Shown: positions 48,589-57,361, numbered from the stretch's first letter. The stretch: 64,000 nucleotides of DNA from an uncultured Oscillospiraceae bacterium (GCA_944385765.1 CALWYL010000001.1:23556-87555); one strand, 5' to 3'. Made by a program: numbers and translations. Notes: generated from the sequence alone by a model not told the origin.

Positions 48589-48795
48589 ATGGCAAAGTAT
48601 ATTAGGCGCTATTTTATCCCCGCTCTCTGCGCCCTGGCCGGTGCGGCCGTCGGGCTTGTTTACTACGCCCTCTGGGGCTGCGAGAGCGGCTGTGCCATCA
48701 CCTCGAGCCCCGCGCTCACCGCGCTCTGGCTCGCCGCCATCGGCTGGCTGCTCGCCTCGGCTCTCATCAACGACAGCAAAAAGGACGACGAATAG
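48589..48795 (+). CDS. small membrane protein with CxxxC (CcdA-associated)
   Basis: 68 aa, 2 TM segments, WGCESGC motif. Its stop abuts the ccdA ATG. Confidence 0.5.
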   Translation: MAKYIRRYFIPALCALAGAAVGLVYYALWGCESGCAITSSPALTALWLAAIGWLLASALINDSKKDDE

Positions 48796-49455
48796 ATGCA
48801 GTACTTCATCTCTTTCCTCGAGGGAATAATCACCTTCATCTCCCCCTGCCTGCTGCCCATGCTGCCCATATACATCTCCTACTTCGCCGGCGGCGGCGAG
48901 CGCAGCACTCGGCGGACCCTCAAAGGCGCGCTGGGCTTCGTGCTCGGCTTCACGGCCGTGTTCGTGGCCATGGGCGCCCTGGCGGGCACGCTGGGCAGTT
49001 TCCTGCGCGAGCACCAGGCGGCAGTGAACATCGTCTCCGGCCTCATAGTCATCTTTTTCGGCCTCAGCTATTTGGGCGTGTTCCGCTTCAGCATATTCCG
49101 GGGCGGGCGCACCATGGAGAGACGGGAGCTGGGCTTTTTCTCCGCCGTGCTCTTCGGCATGGTGTTCTCCGTGGGCTGGACGCCCTGTGTGGGCGCCTTC
49201 CTGGGCTCCGCCCTGGCCCTGGCCTCCCAGCAGGGGCACGTGCTTGCCGGCATGCTCATGCTGCTGGTCTACTCGCTCGGCCTCGGCGTCCCCTTCATAC
49301 TCAGCGCCGTGCTGATAGACAAGCTCAAATCGGCCTTCGACTGGATAAAGCGCCACTACGGCGTCATCAACACGGTCTGCGGGCTGCTGCTCATCCTGGT
49401 CGGCATACTGATGGCCACCGGGACCATCGGCCGCCTGCTCGCGGCCCTCAGCTAA
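48796..49455 (+). CDS. ccdA: cytochrome c biogenesis / thiol-disulfide electron transporter CcdA (DsbD-beta family)
   Basis: FLEGIITFISPCLLPMLP...GWTPCVG. Confidence 0.85.
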   Translation: MQYFISFLEGIITFISPCLLPMLPIYISYFAGGGERSTRRTLKGALGFVLGFTAVFVAMGALAGTLGSFLREHQAAVNIVSGLIVIFFGLSYLGVFRFSIFRGGRTMERRELGFFSAVLFGMVFSVGWTPCVGAFLGSALALASQQGHVLAGMLMLLVYSLGLGVPFILSAVLIDKLKSAFDWIKRHYGVINTVCGLLLILVGILMATGTIGRLLAALS

Positions 49456-49464
49456 GGAGGAAAC

Positions 49465-50034
49465 ATGAAACAGAACAAGACTGCCATTCTGGTCCTGCTC
49501 GCCCTGGTCGCATTGATGATATGCGCCGGCATCCTCTACTCCCGCCTCAGCTCCGGCTTCTCCATGGACGTTATCTCCAGCGAGGCCGCCGACCCCTCCG
49601 CCTCGGAAGAGGAGCTCGCTCCGGCCCCCGACTTCACCGTGTACGACTTCCAGGGCAACGAGGTCAGCCTCTCTGATTTCCGGGGAAAACCCGTAGTGCT
49701 CAACTTCTGGGCCAGCTGGTGCGGCCCATGCAAGAGGGAGATGCCCGACTTCGAGTCAATTTATCAGGAGCTGGGCGAGGACGTGGAGTTCATGATGGTC
49801 AATGTCACCGACGGCAGCCGGGAGACCCGGGATTCCGCCGCGGAGTTCATAGCCGGCGAGGGCTATACCTTCCCCGTGTATTACGACTCCCAGCTGGAGG
49901 CCGCCACGGCCTACGGTGTCTACTCCATCCCCAGCACCTACTTCATCGACGCCGAGGGCTATGCCGTCGCCCGCGCGTCCGGCGCCCTCAGCGCCGACAC
50001 CCTCCAGGCCGGCATAGATATGATAACAGATTGA
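49465..50034 (+). CDS. TlpA/ResA-type membrane-anchored thiol-disulfide oxidoreductase
   Basis: N-terminal TM segment plus [16 protein letters not shown]. Confidence 0.85.
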   Translation: MKQNKTAILVLLALVALMICAGILYSRLSSGFSMDVISSEAADPSASEEELAPAPDFTVYDFQGNEVSLSDFRGKPVVLNFWASWCGPCKREMPDFESIYQELGEDVEFMMVNVTDGSRETRDSAAEFIAGEGYTFPVYYDSQLEAATAYGVYSIPSTYFIDAEGYAVARASGALSADTLQAGIDMITD

Positions 50035-50149
50035 CGGCACCCTCCCATGCCCCGAAGGCATTAGCCCGCATCGAATCCGGGTATTTGCATTGAGTCCGCT
50101 CCCGAATTATAATACTGTCATCAATATGAGCCCCAAAGGAGGAGCCGAT

Positions 50150-50551
50150 ATGGATGATATAATCAGGGAGGAGATATTCCCCCTCGGCGCGGAAAACACC
50201 GCCTATGCCCGGTACTTCAGCGGCATGAGCTACCTCTGCCCCCTCACCCACGGCGGAGTGCGCATCTCCAACGTCACCTTTGAGCCCGGCTGCCGCAACA
50301 ACTGGCACATACACCACGGCGGCGGCCAGATTCTGCTGGTCACCGCCGGCCTCGGCTGGTATCAGGAGTGGGGTCAGCCAGCCCGCGCCCTCAGTCCCGG
50401 CGACGTGGTGGAGATACCGCCCGAGGTCAAGCACTGGCACGGTGCGGCCGCGGACAGCTGGTTCGCCCATCTGGCCGTCGAGGTGCCCTCCGAGGGCGGC
50501 GCCAGCGAGTGGCTGGAGCCCGTCGGCGATGAGCACTATACCGCTCTGTAA
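50150..50551 (+). CDS. cupin domain protein
   Basis: FEPGCRNNWHIHHGG...GDVVEIPPEVKHWHGA. Confidence 0.75.
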   Translation: MDDIIREEIFPLGAENTAYARYFSGMSYLCPLTHGGVRISNVTFEPGCRNNWHIHHGGGQILLVTAGLGWYQEWGQPARALSPGDVVEIPPEVKHWHGAAADSWFAHLAVEVPSEGGASEWLEPVGDEHYTAL

Positions 50552-50565
50552 AAAGCCCCTCAGAT

Positions 50566-50598
50566 AACGCCCCGCCGTTGACAGCGGGGCGTTATTTT
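50566..50598 (+). terminator. rho-independent terminator
   Basis: AACGCCCCGC, 8-nt loop, GCGGGGCGTT, then ATTTT. Confidence 0.6.
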
Positions 50599-50631
50599 GC
50601 TACGATTGGGTCAGTGAAGGGGGTGCCCGAC

Positions 50632-51309
50632 ATGTTGAAACACAGCCGCCTGATTACCGCCACTCTCATGCTCGCCCCCCTGGCCTTCACCGTCATTGCC
50701 CTGTTCTTCCTGCCGGACGAGATACCGGCGCATTACAACCTATATGGCGAGGTGGACCGCTGGGGCAGCAAATACGAGACGCTCATTTTGCCCATATTCG
50801 TTATCATATTCGGCCTCGGTATGTCCGCCGTGGCCCATGTGGCCTCGCACGGTGCGGGAGCCAATGAGAGCACCGCAAAGGCGCTCGTCTGCGCCAATAT
50901 CGCCGCGCTGGCCATTTTCAATGTCATGGAGCTCTACTTCCTAGTCAACGGGATTCTCGTCGCCGCTGGGAGGGACGGCCTGCGGGTGGATATCAGCAAC
51001 GTCATGTGCATCGCCATGGGCGTGGCGTTCATCCCCACAGGTCTCTACATGCCGAAGCTGAAGCGCAACGCCGCCTCCGGCGTGCGCACCAGGTGGAGCA
51101 TGATGAACGACGAGGCCTGGGCGGCCAGCCAGCGCTTCGGCAGAGGCGCGTTCATCGCCGCCGGCGTAACCGACATCGCTATCGGCATCTTTGTCCCCGG
51201 CTTCTACAGCATTCTCGCCGGTCTGGGCGTCCTGCTGCTCGCCGGCCTGGCGGCGGCCGTCTACTCCCGCCGTGCCTATGAGCGGACGCAGCCCCCCTCC
51301 GGAAAATGA
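50632..51309 (+). CDS. DUF1648/SdpI-family membrane protein
   Basis: FFLPDEIPAHYNLYGEVDRWGSK..., plus an SdpI-like C-terminal TM bundle. Confidence 0.6.
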   Translation: MLKHSRLITATLMLAPLAFTVIALFFLPDEIPAHYNLYGEVDRWGSKYETLILPIFVIIFGLGMSAVAHVASHGAGANESTAKALVCANIAALAIFNVMELYFLVNGILVAAGRDGLRVDISNVMCIAMGVAFIPTGLYMPKLKRNAASGVRTRWSMMNDEAWAASQRFGRGAFIAAGVTDIAIGIFVPGFYSILAGLGVLLLAGLAAAVYSRRAYERTQPPSGK

Positions 51310-51390
51310 GCGGAAAATTTTTCTTTCTCCCCCGGGAGATTTGTGTTATCATATGCCCAACAGTAATACATGCAAAGGACGGATAACCAG

Positions 51391-52620
51391 ATGAGAGCAT
51401 ACGAAAGGCTGATAAACTACGCCCGTGTCAGCACCGCGAGCATCGACGAGGTGGACACCGCCCCCTCCTCTGAGCGCCAGTTCGACCTGGCCAGGCTGCT
51501 CTGCGCCGAGCTCAGGGAGCTGGGCGTGGCGGACGCCCAGGTCTCGGACACCTGCTACGTCTACGGCCATCTCCCCGCCACCCCCGGGCACGAGGATGCC
51601 CCCTGCCTGGGCTTCATCGCCCACATGGACACCTCGCCCGACTTCTCCGGCGAAAACGTCTCCCCCCGCCTGATACCCAACTATGACGGCGGCGACGTTG
51701 ACCTGGGCCACGGCCGCAAGCTGGAGGTCAGGACCTTCCCCCATCTGCCCTCTCTCGCCGGGCGCACGCTCATTGTCGCCGGAGGCGACACGCTGCTGGG
51801 CGCGGACGACAAGGCGGGCATAGCCGAGATAATGACCCTGCTCGCCGAGCTCATCTCCTCCGGCGAGCCGCACGGGCGCATAGCCGTGTGCTTCACCCCG
51901 GACGAGGAGGTCGGCCGCGGCACGGAGCACTTCGACATTCCCCTCTTCGGGGCGGATTTTGCCTACACCGTGGACGGCGGCCCGGAGGGCGAGATAGTGT
52001 ACGAGAACTTCAACGCCTGTTCGGCCTACATAGCCTTCCGCGGCTTCAACGTGCACCCCGGCACCGCCAAGGACACCATGGTAAACGCCGCGCTGCTGGC
52101 CGTGGAATACAACTCCCTGCTCCCCGCCATGGAGACCCCCCGCCACACCACCGGCTATGAGGGCTTTTACCATCTCACCGGCTTGGCTGGGGCCTGCGAG
52201 TGGGCCGAGTCGCGCTACATCATCCGCGACCACGACGCCGCCAAGTTCGAGATGCGCAAGGAGACCATGCTCCACGCCGCGCGCTGCCTAAACGAGAAGT
52301 ACGGCGAGGGCACCGTCACCGTGACGCTGCGCGAGCAGTACCGCAACATGGTGGAGAAGATAAAGCCCCAGCACTATCACCTGGTGGAAAACGCCGTGAA
52401 GGCCATCAGGGCAGCCGGTGTGGAGCCGGTGATAGAGCCCATACGCGGCGGCACCGACGGCGCGCTGCTCTCCTGGCGCGGCCTGCCCTGCCCCAACCTC
52501 GGCACCGGAGGCTATGCCTTCCACGGCCCGTACGAGCACATCACCGTCGAGGGCATGGACAAGTGTGTGGACATCATGCTCAACTTAGCCCGGCTGTACG
52601 CCGACGGTATCCCCCAATGA
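51391..52620 (+). CDS. pepT: peptidase T (M20B tripeptidase)
   Basis: LINYARVST...GFIAHMDT...GADDKAGIAEI...TPDEEVG. Confidence 0.9.
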   Translation: MRAYERLINYARVSTASIDEVDTAPSSERQFDLARLLCAELRELGVADAQVSDTCYVYGHLPATPGHEDAPCLGFIAHMDTSPDFSGENVSPRLIPNYDGGDVDLGHGRKLEVRTFPHLPSLAGRTLIVAGGDTLLGADDKAGIAEIMTLLAELISSGEPHGRIAVCFTPDEEVGRGTEHFDIPLFGADFAYTVDGGPEGEIVYENFNACSAYIAFRGFNVHPGTAKDTMVNAALLAVEYNSLLPAMETPRHTTGYEGFYHLTGLAGACEWAESRYIIRDHDAAKFEMRKETMLHAARCLNEKYGEGTVTVTLREQYRNMVEKIKPQHYHLVENAVKAIRAAGVEPVIEPIRGGTDGALLSWRGLPCPNLGTGGYAFHGPYEHITVEGMDKCVDIMLNLARLYADGIPQ

Positions 52621-52651
52621 AGCCAAGTGCCGCCCCGCGTGGCGGCACTTT

Positions 52652-53182
52652 TTACAGCAGGTATTCCAGCTGGCAGTCGAACGGCTCCCTCTCCACGTGG
52701 CCGCTCTCGTATTCCGCCGCCTCCACACAGCCCATTTTCGCGTAAAAGGCCTGTGTCTCCACGGCGGAGTGGGCGGAGATGTACAGCTTACGGGCCCCTC
52801 GCCCCCGCGCCCAGTCGGCGGCGGCCCGGAAGAGCTTCGCCCCGATTCCCCGCCCGCGCATGTCCTCCGACACGTGTATGCTCGAGAGGTCGAGATATTG
52901 CATCTCACTGCCAAACGGCTCCGGCTCCACGGACACGAAGCCTTTCAGAGCCATGTCGACGAAAGCGCCGTACACGAAGCCTCCGGTCCTCAGCGTGTTT
53001 TTCAGACACTCGAGCAAAAAGGCGCAGTCCTCCTCGCTCCAGTCGTCGATGAAGGGGTCCGGCCTCACGACCCAACGCCCGTTCTCCCGGCGCCGGCATA
53101 GGTCCACCACCTGCCGGCGCCGGAACTTCCCAAGTAGCTCCCGGCAGAGCTCCCCCTCTGTCAAAGTTCTATATACCTCCAT
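52652..53182 (-). CDS. GNAT family N-acetyltransferase
   Basis: VSEDMRGRGIGAKLF motif A. Confidence 0.75.
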   Translation of the reverse strand: MEVYRTLTEGELCRELLGKFRRRQVVDLCRRRENGRWVVRPDPFIDDWSEEDCAFLLECLKNTLRTGGFVYGAFVDMALKGFVSVEPEPFGSEMQYLDLSSIHVSEDMRGRGIGAKLFRAAADWARGRGARKLYISAHSAVETQAFYAKMGCVEAAEYESGHVEREPFDCQLEYLL

Positions 53183-53210
53183 GTACCATACCCCCTTACA
53201 GCTCCGGAGC

Positions 53211-53244
53211 GCAAAAAATCCCCGCCGCGGCGGGGATTTTTTGC
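53211..53244. terminator. bidirectional terminator
   Basis: GCAAAAAA, palindrome TCCCCGCCGCGGCGGGGA, then TTTTTTGC. Confidence 0.6.
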
Positions 53245-53254
53245 GTCTTGCGTC

Positions 53255-53698
53255 TCACTCCACGGTGACGGTGCCGTCCTCAGCCACGGTTATCTGCATG
53301 CCGTCCTCAACATAGCTCAGGAACTCGTCGCCCAGCTGGTCCACCACCGGCATCTTGGCGTCCGTCCAGTTCGCCGCCAGGATGGCGCCGGAGGCCGCCA
53401 GGCTGTCTATGGTCATGGAAAACAGCAGGCAGGCGGGCTGGTTGTCCGTGGCACAGGCCGTGTACAGCACCATGCCTCCGGTGGTCGAGCCTATGGTCTG
53501 CGGCAGGCAGAGCGCCTTGCCTTTCATCGGTTTCTTATAGAGATCCGGGTTGTTCTGGTCGCCGCACTTGACCTTTTTGTCGCCGAACATCATGGCCATC
53601 TGGAAGCTGGCCAGCGTGTTGAATCCGCCGTGGGACACCAGGGCCTCCGCCGTGCAGTTCCCGGGCACCACGCTGCGTCCCTTGAAGCTCCTCGCCAT
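53255..53698 (-). CDS. aconitase X swivel-domain subunit (DUF126)
   Basis: 147 aa beginning MARSFKGRSVVPGNCTAEALVS...LPQTIGSTTGG. The ATG overlaps the stop of the upstream gene (TAATG). Confidence 0.7.
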   Translation of the reverse strand: MARSFKGRSVVPGNCTAEALVSHGGFNTLASFQMAMMFGDKKVKCGDQNNPDLYKKPMKGKALCLPQTIGSTTGGMVLYTACATDNQPACLLFSMTIDSLAASGAILAANWTDAKMPVVDQLGDEFLSYVEDGMQITVAEDGTVTVE

Positions 53699-54978
53699 TA
53701 CCTGACACCTCCCGTTATCATGCCGAGTATCTCGTCCTCTGTGTAATATCTCGCCGTCGTATAGGTGCGCAGCTTGTTCGAGCAGGTTATCACCGGCATC
53801 TTGCCGCTCAGGGGGTTGTTCATGTACATCAGCGGACAGATATACGAGAGTATGACACCCGTCTTTTCCAGCCGCGCTCCGTCCCAGCTGTTTGCGTACT
53901 CGCGGGCGATGGCGGGTGGGGCTGTCATCACAGTGGGCACCGTCACCTTCTCCAGCCCGTTCTTCTTCAGCGCTGCCTCTATCTTGTCCGTCCAGTCCTT
54001 CAGCTGCCCTTTGGTGAGGTGCGGGCAGCCTATAAAGCAGAGCTTGGGCTTTGCCCCCAGGTCCTTCCACACGCAGGGGTATCCCGCCTTTACGCGCTCC
54101 AGCTCGGCGTCGTCTATCACATAGACCTTGGCGCCCTCGCGTATCAGTCCCTCGCCCTGCTCCTTCGCCTCCGGCGTGAGGTTCTCTATGTGATAGAGCC
54201 CCACGGCCCCGTTGGAGGCCGTCGCCGCGCCGAAGTCCTTCAGATACGCGCAGTTTTCGTCGTTGAGCTCCGTGCCCAGCCACCTGTCGAGGCCCTTTAT
54301 GTACGGCACCTGCTCCATGACCTTCATGCCCACGGCGGAGCCCAGGAGCTGTGCCTCCGGCCTCTTCTCCGTGCGCACCTCAACCACCCAGTCCGCCCTC
54401 CTGCCGTCGTCCGTCAGCAGCCCGAAGTAGGGCACGCAGCCGGCGATGGAGCCCATCAGCTCTATCATGCCGGAGTTGCGGTTGCACCTGGCGCCGAGCA
54501 CGCTGTTGGCGTACACGACGGCTGAGCTCTCGGCCCAGGACAGCACCTCCCCTTTCTGCGGCCTGTTTCCCACCTCGTCCAGATAGCAGGCGCAAGTGTA
54601 GGCGTCCCCGTCCATGATGCCGAATTTCTTCAGCTGCTCCTCGTACCTCTTCTGCTGGGAGTACATTATCCCCTTGAAGATGATGTCCTGCAGCAAATTG
54701 GAGGGCACGTTCTTGTCCAGCGGCAGCGGGTCGGCTGAAAACTGCTGTTTGGGCAGCGCCCCGGCCGCTATCAGCTGGTCATAGAGATCGTACACCGGCT
54801 TCATCACGCCGATGCCGAAGCTTATAACCGTGTGCCCGTATTTGCTGGTCACGGGCACCATCTTCTCGGCCCCAAAGGTCTCGCCATACATCACCAGGGA
54901 GCGCATGACCTTGGCCATAACCTCTCCCTGCGCCCCGTCCAGCATGGCCTGCTGTTCGCTCGTGAGCTGCATAGCCAC
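53698..54978 (-). CDS. aconitase X catalytic-domain subunit (DUF521)
   Basis: LTSEQQAMLDGAQGEVMAKVMRSLV... A GTG start at 54978 lies 8 nt after AGGAGG. ATG 54972 is the alternative. Confidence 0.7.
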   Translation of the reverse strand: MAMQLTSEQQAMLDGAQGEVMAKVMRSLVMYGETFGAEKMVPVTSKYGHTVISFGIGVMKPVYDLYDQLIAAGALPKQQFSADPLPLDKNVPSNLLQDIIFKGIMYSQQKRYEEQLKKFGIMDGDAYTCACYLDEVGNRPQKGEVLSWAESSAVVYANSVLGARCNRNSGMIELMGSIAGCVPYFGLLTDDGRRADWVVEVRTEKRPEAQLLGSAVGMKVMEQVPYIKGLDRWLGTELNDENCAYLKDFGAATASNGAVGLYHIENLTPEAKEQGEGLIREGAKVYVIDDAELERVKAGYPCVWKDLGAKPKLCFIGCPHLTKGQLKDWTDKIEAALKKNGLEKVTVPTVMTAPPAIAREYANSWDGARLEKTGVILSYICPLMYMNNPLSGKMPVITCSNKLRTYTTARYYTEDEILGMITGGVR

Positions 54979-55023
54979 TAGAGTTACCTCCTTTTCAAGT
55001 GAGTTTGTCAACTCTTTGACCTC

Positions 55024-55052
55024 ATTTTACCACCCGCGCTGTTGAAAGTCAA
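55024..55052 (-). promoter_or_regulatory. sigma-A-type promoter for the acnX genes
   Basis: Minus strand: TTGACT, 17-nt spacer, TAAAAT. Confidence 0.5.
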
Positions 55053-55088
55053 ACTGCAAAGCCGGCGCGGCTGTACGCCGCGCCGGCC
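55051..55088 (-). terminator. terminator after the lyase gene
   Basis: Minus strand: GCCGGCGCGGC, loop gtaca, GCCGCGCCGGC, then TTTGCAGTTTG. Confidence 0.6.
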
Positions 55089-55113
55089 ATTGTAATGCCC
55101 CTCGTTTTCGACC

Positions 55114-56562
55114 TCACAGGCTCTCGCCGAAGTCCTCGCGGAACTTTTTGACCAGCTTCTGCTGCCAGTCGCTGGTGGCCTCCAGCCGCCCGAAGAAGAA
55201 GCGCAGGCTGCTGGGCTCCTCCACCCAGCGCAGTCCGCCAACCAGGTCGGCATTCTCGTGCAGCCAGGTGATGCGGTCCACGGCGTAGAGGACCTGTGAC
55301 ATGGTAAAGACCCTCCTGGGCAGCGCCAGGCGCAGCAGCTCCACGTCCGCTATGGGCTCCGTGCCGTCCGGTTCCCGCTGCTCGCTCAGGGTACCCCGCT
55401 CCATGCCGCGCACGCCGCCGGCCAGGTATACCGCCGCCGCCAGGGCGCCGGCCGGGTACTCGTGGTCGTCTATGTGCGGCAGGAACTCCCGGGCGTTCAG
55501 GTGGCAGCCCAGTCCGCCGGCCGGCGTCACTATGGGCACCCCCCGCTTCTGCAGCTCTCTGGCCATGAACTCGATGAATATGGGCCCCTGGGAAATCACG
55601 TCCTCGTCCATGGTCTCGTCCAGGCCCACAGTGATGGCCTCCATCTCGCGCACACTCATGCCGCCGTAGGTGAGGAAGCCCTCGAACATCGGCACCAGCT
55701 CTCTCATGTGCTCAAAGAACCTGCGGTCCCTCATGGCGATGCCGCCGCCGCGCGCGAAGCCGAACTTGCGGGCGGAGAAGTAGATGATGTCGAATTCGTC
55801 CGCCACCCTGCGCGTTATCTCGCGGATGGACATGTCGCGGCAGGCCGCCTCGCGGGTCTTGATGAAGTAGAGGTTGTCCTGCAGCAGGCTGGCGTCCAGC
55901 ACGGTGATTATGCCGTGCTCCCTGCATATCTCGCAGGCGTCGTGCATATTTTGCAGTGACAGCGGCTGTCCGCCTATCAGGTTGGTGCCCGCCTCTATGC
56001 GCATGAAGGGTATGCGCTCCGTGCCCGTCTCGGCGATGAACCTGCGCAGCTTGTCCAGGTCTATGTTGCCCTTGAAGGGGTCGTCGCTGGTGGTCTTTAT
56101 GCCCTCGTCCGTCACCAGCTCCGCCACCGTGCCCCCCTGCCGGGTGATGTGCGCTTTGGTCGTGGTGAAGTGGAAGTTCATCGGCACCACGTCGCCCGGC
56201 TTTACGAAGGCCACGGCCAGTATGTTCTCGCAGGCTCTGCCCTGGTGGGCCGGCAGGAAGAAATTCGTGCCGAATATCTCGTGCACCTTATCCTCCAGCC
56301 GGGTAAAGGTGGCGCTGCCGGCGTAGCTGTCGTCACAGACGAGCATGGCGGCCGTCTGGCGGTCGCTCATGGCGTTGACGCCGGAGTCGGTCAGCATGTC
56401 GAGAAAGATGTCCTTGTTTTTCAGCAGGAAGGTGTTGTTGCCCGCCTCGGTGATGGCCTCCAGCCGGCGCTCCACGGGGACCAGGTTCAGCTTCTGCACC
56501 ATGCGCACCTTGTGCAGCTCGAGGGGGATGTCCATACCGGTAAAGAATTTGATGTTCGCCAT
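55114..56562 (-). CDS. PLP-dependent beta-eliminating lyase, tyrosine phenol-lyase-like
   Basis: 482 aa, with GGAAAGGAG RBS. Motifs TFLLKNKDIFLDMLTDSGVNAMS, AHQGRACE, FHFTTT, PLP-Lys in YFSARKFG, and LRFFF near the C-terminus. Confidence 0.85.
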   Translation of the reverse strand: MANIKFFTGMDIPLELHKVRMVQKLNLVPVERRLEAITEAGNNTFLLKNKDIFLDMLTDSGVNAMSDRQTAAMLVCDDSYAGSATFTRLEDKVHEIFGTNFFLPAHQGRACENILAVAFVKPGDVVPMNFHFTTTKAHITRQGGTVAELVTDEGIKTTSDDPFKGNIDLDKLRRFIAETGTERIPFMRIEAGTNLIGGQPLSLQNMHDACEICREHGIITVLDASLLQDNLYFIKTREAACRDMSIREITRRVADEFDIIYFSARKFGFARGGGIAMRDRRFFEHMRELVPMFEGFLTYGGMSVREMEAITVGLDETMDEDVISQGPIFIEFMARELQKRGVPIVTPAGGLGCHLNAREFLPHIDDHEYPAGALAAAVYLAGGVRGMERGTLSEQREPDGTEPIADVELLRLALPRRVFTMSQVLYAVDRITWLHENADLVGGLRWVEEPSSLRFFFGRLEATSDWQQKLVKKFREDFGESL

Positions 56563-56624
56563 TTCAAAAGGCTCCTTTCCAGATTTAGCGGAGCCGTTTG
56601 GCGGCGGTTCCACCGGGTTTGAGG

Positions 56625-56930
56625 AAAACAAAAAACGCCCTCCTCTCCAGCAGAGGACGAGCGCCAAATCCCGTGTTACCACCTCAATTCACCGGCGTCT
56701 CACGGCGCCGGCCTTTTCGAGTGCGTCCGCCAGGGGCGGAGATACTCTATCTCTGTAACGGGAGAAACCCGGCCCGGCCTACCGGCGCCTTAGCGCTTTC
56801 GTGGGGCTGCTCCGGCGTGTATTCCCGGGCCGCGTCCTCGTGCCTTGCACCGACCGGCACTTCTCTGCAGGACCCGCGCGCATGCGCTCTCTCCCGGTAC
56901 TATTCCGCCATCATGGCAGTTGTTCGCTGT
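56625..56930 (-). promoter_or_regulatory. T-box leader (tRNA-sensing riboswitch), specifier UAC = Tyr
   Basis: Read on the minus strand. K-turn UGAUGG. Specifier loop AAUAGUA / GAA-UAC-A (codon at 56821..56819). AGAGA bulges. F-box CCGUUA (56761..56756). T-box AAUUGAGGUGGUAACACGGG (56689..56670). Terminator hairpin 56636-56664 followed by a U-run. Confidence 0.85.
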
Positions 56931-56942
56931 TCTGTTGTGTGC

Positions 56943-56971
56943 ATTATAACAGTTGCGCTTTAAATTGTCAA
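56943..56971 (-). promoter_or_regulatory. consensus sigma-A promoter of the T-box/lyase unit
   Basis: Minus strand: TTGACA (56971..56966), 17-nt spacer, TATAAT (56948..56943). Confidence 0.7.
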
Positions 56972-56991
56972 TACTCGCCGGCCTGCCGAGA

Positions 56992-57018
56992 CAACAAAAA
57001 CAGCGGCCGTCCGGCCGC
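56992..57018 (-). terminator. terminator downstream of abrB
   Basis: Minus strand: GCGGCCG, loop ga, CGGCCGC, then TGTTTTTGTTG. Confidence 0.5.
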
Positions 57019-57115
57019 CTCATATTCGGTACATATCCACAAAAATTTGCCGCGCTCCCCCGCTGCCGGGTTGCATGCCCCCGGCAGCGTAAGGCGCGCG
57101 AGGGCTGACAAACCC

Positions 57116-57361
57116 TCAGAGTTTTTCCTCGAGCATGCGGATGCAGTCGGAGCAGACGTTCCTGCCGCGGAAGGAGACAATGTCCTTGGCGCTGTCGCAG
57201 AAGACGCAGGCCGGCTGGTACTTGCGAAGGATCACCGTATCGCCCTCTATGTAGATCTCCATAGAATCTTTCTTGTCGATATCGAGCGTCCTTCTGAGCT
57301 CTATGGGCAACACTATGCGCCCCAGCTCATCGACCTTTCTTACGATCCCGGTTGACTTCAT
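57116..57361 (-). CDS. abrB: AbrB/SpoVT family transition-state regulator
   Basis: MKSTGIVRKVDELGRIVLPIELRRTLDI...ILRKY, with a GGGAGG RBS. Confidence 0.85.
   Translation of the reverse strand: MKSTGIVRKVDELGRIVLPIELRRTLDIDKKDSMEIYIEGDTVILRKYQPACVFCDSAKDIVSFRGRNVCSDCIRMLEEKL

Noticed and set aside
53255-54283. The track ORF of 342 aa.
   Set aside because: Only the last 147 aa (from MARSFKG, 53698) match the AcnX swivel domain. The upstream part overlaps the AcnX catalytic gene out of frame.
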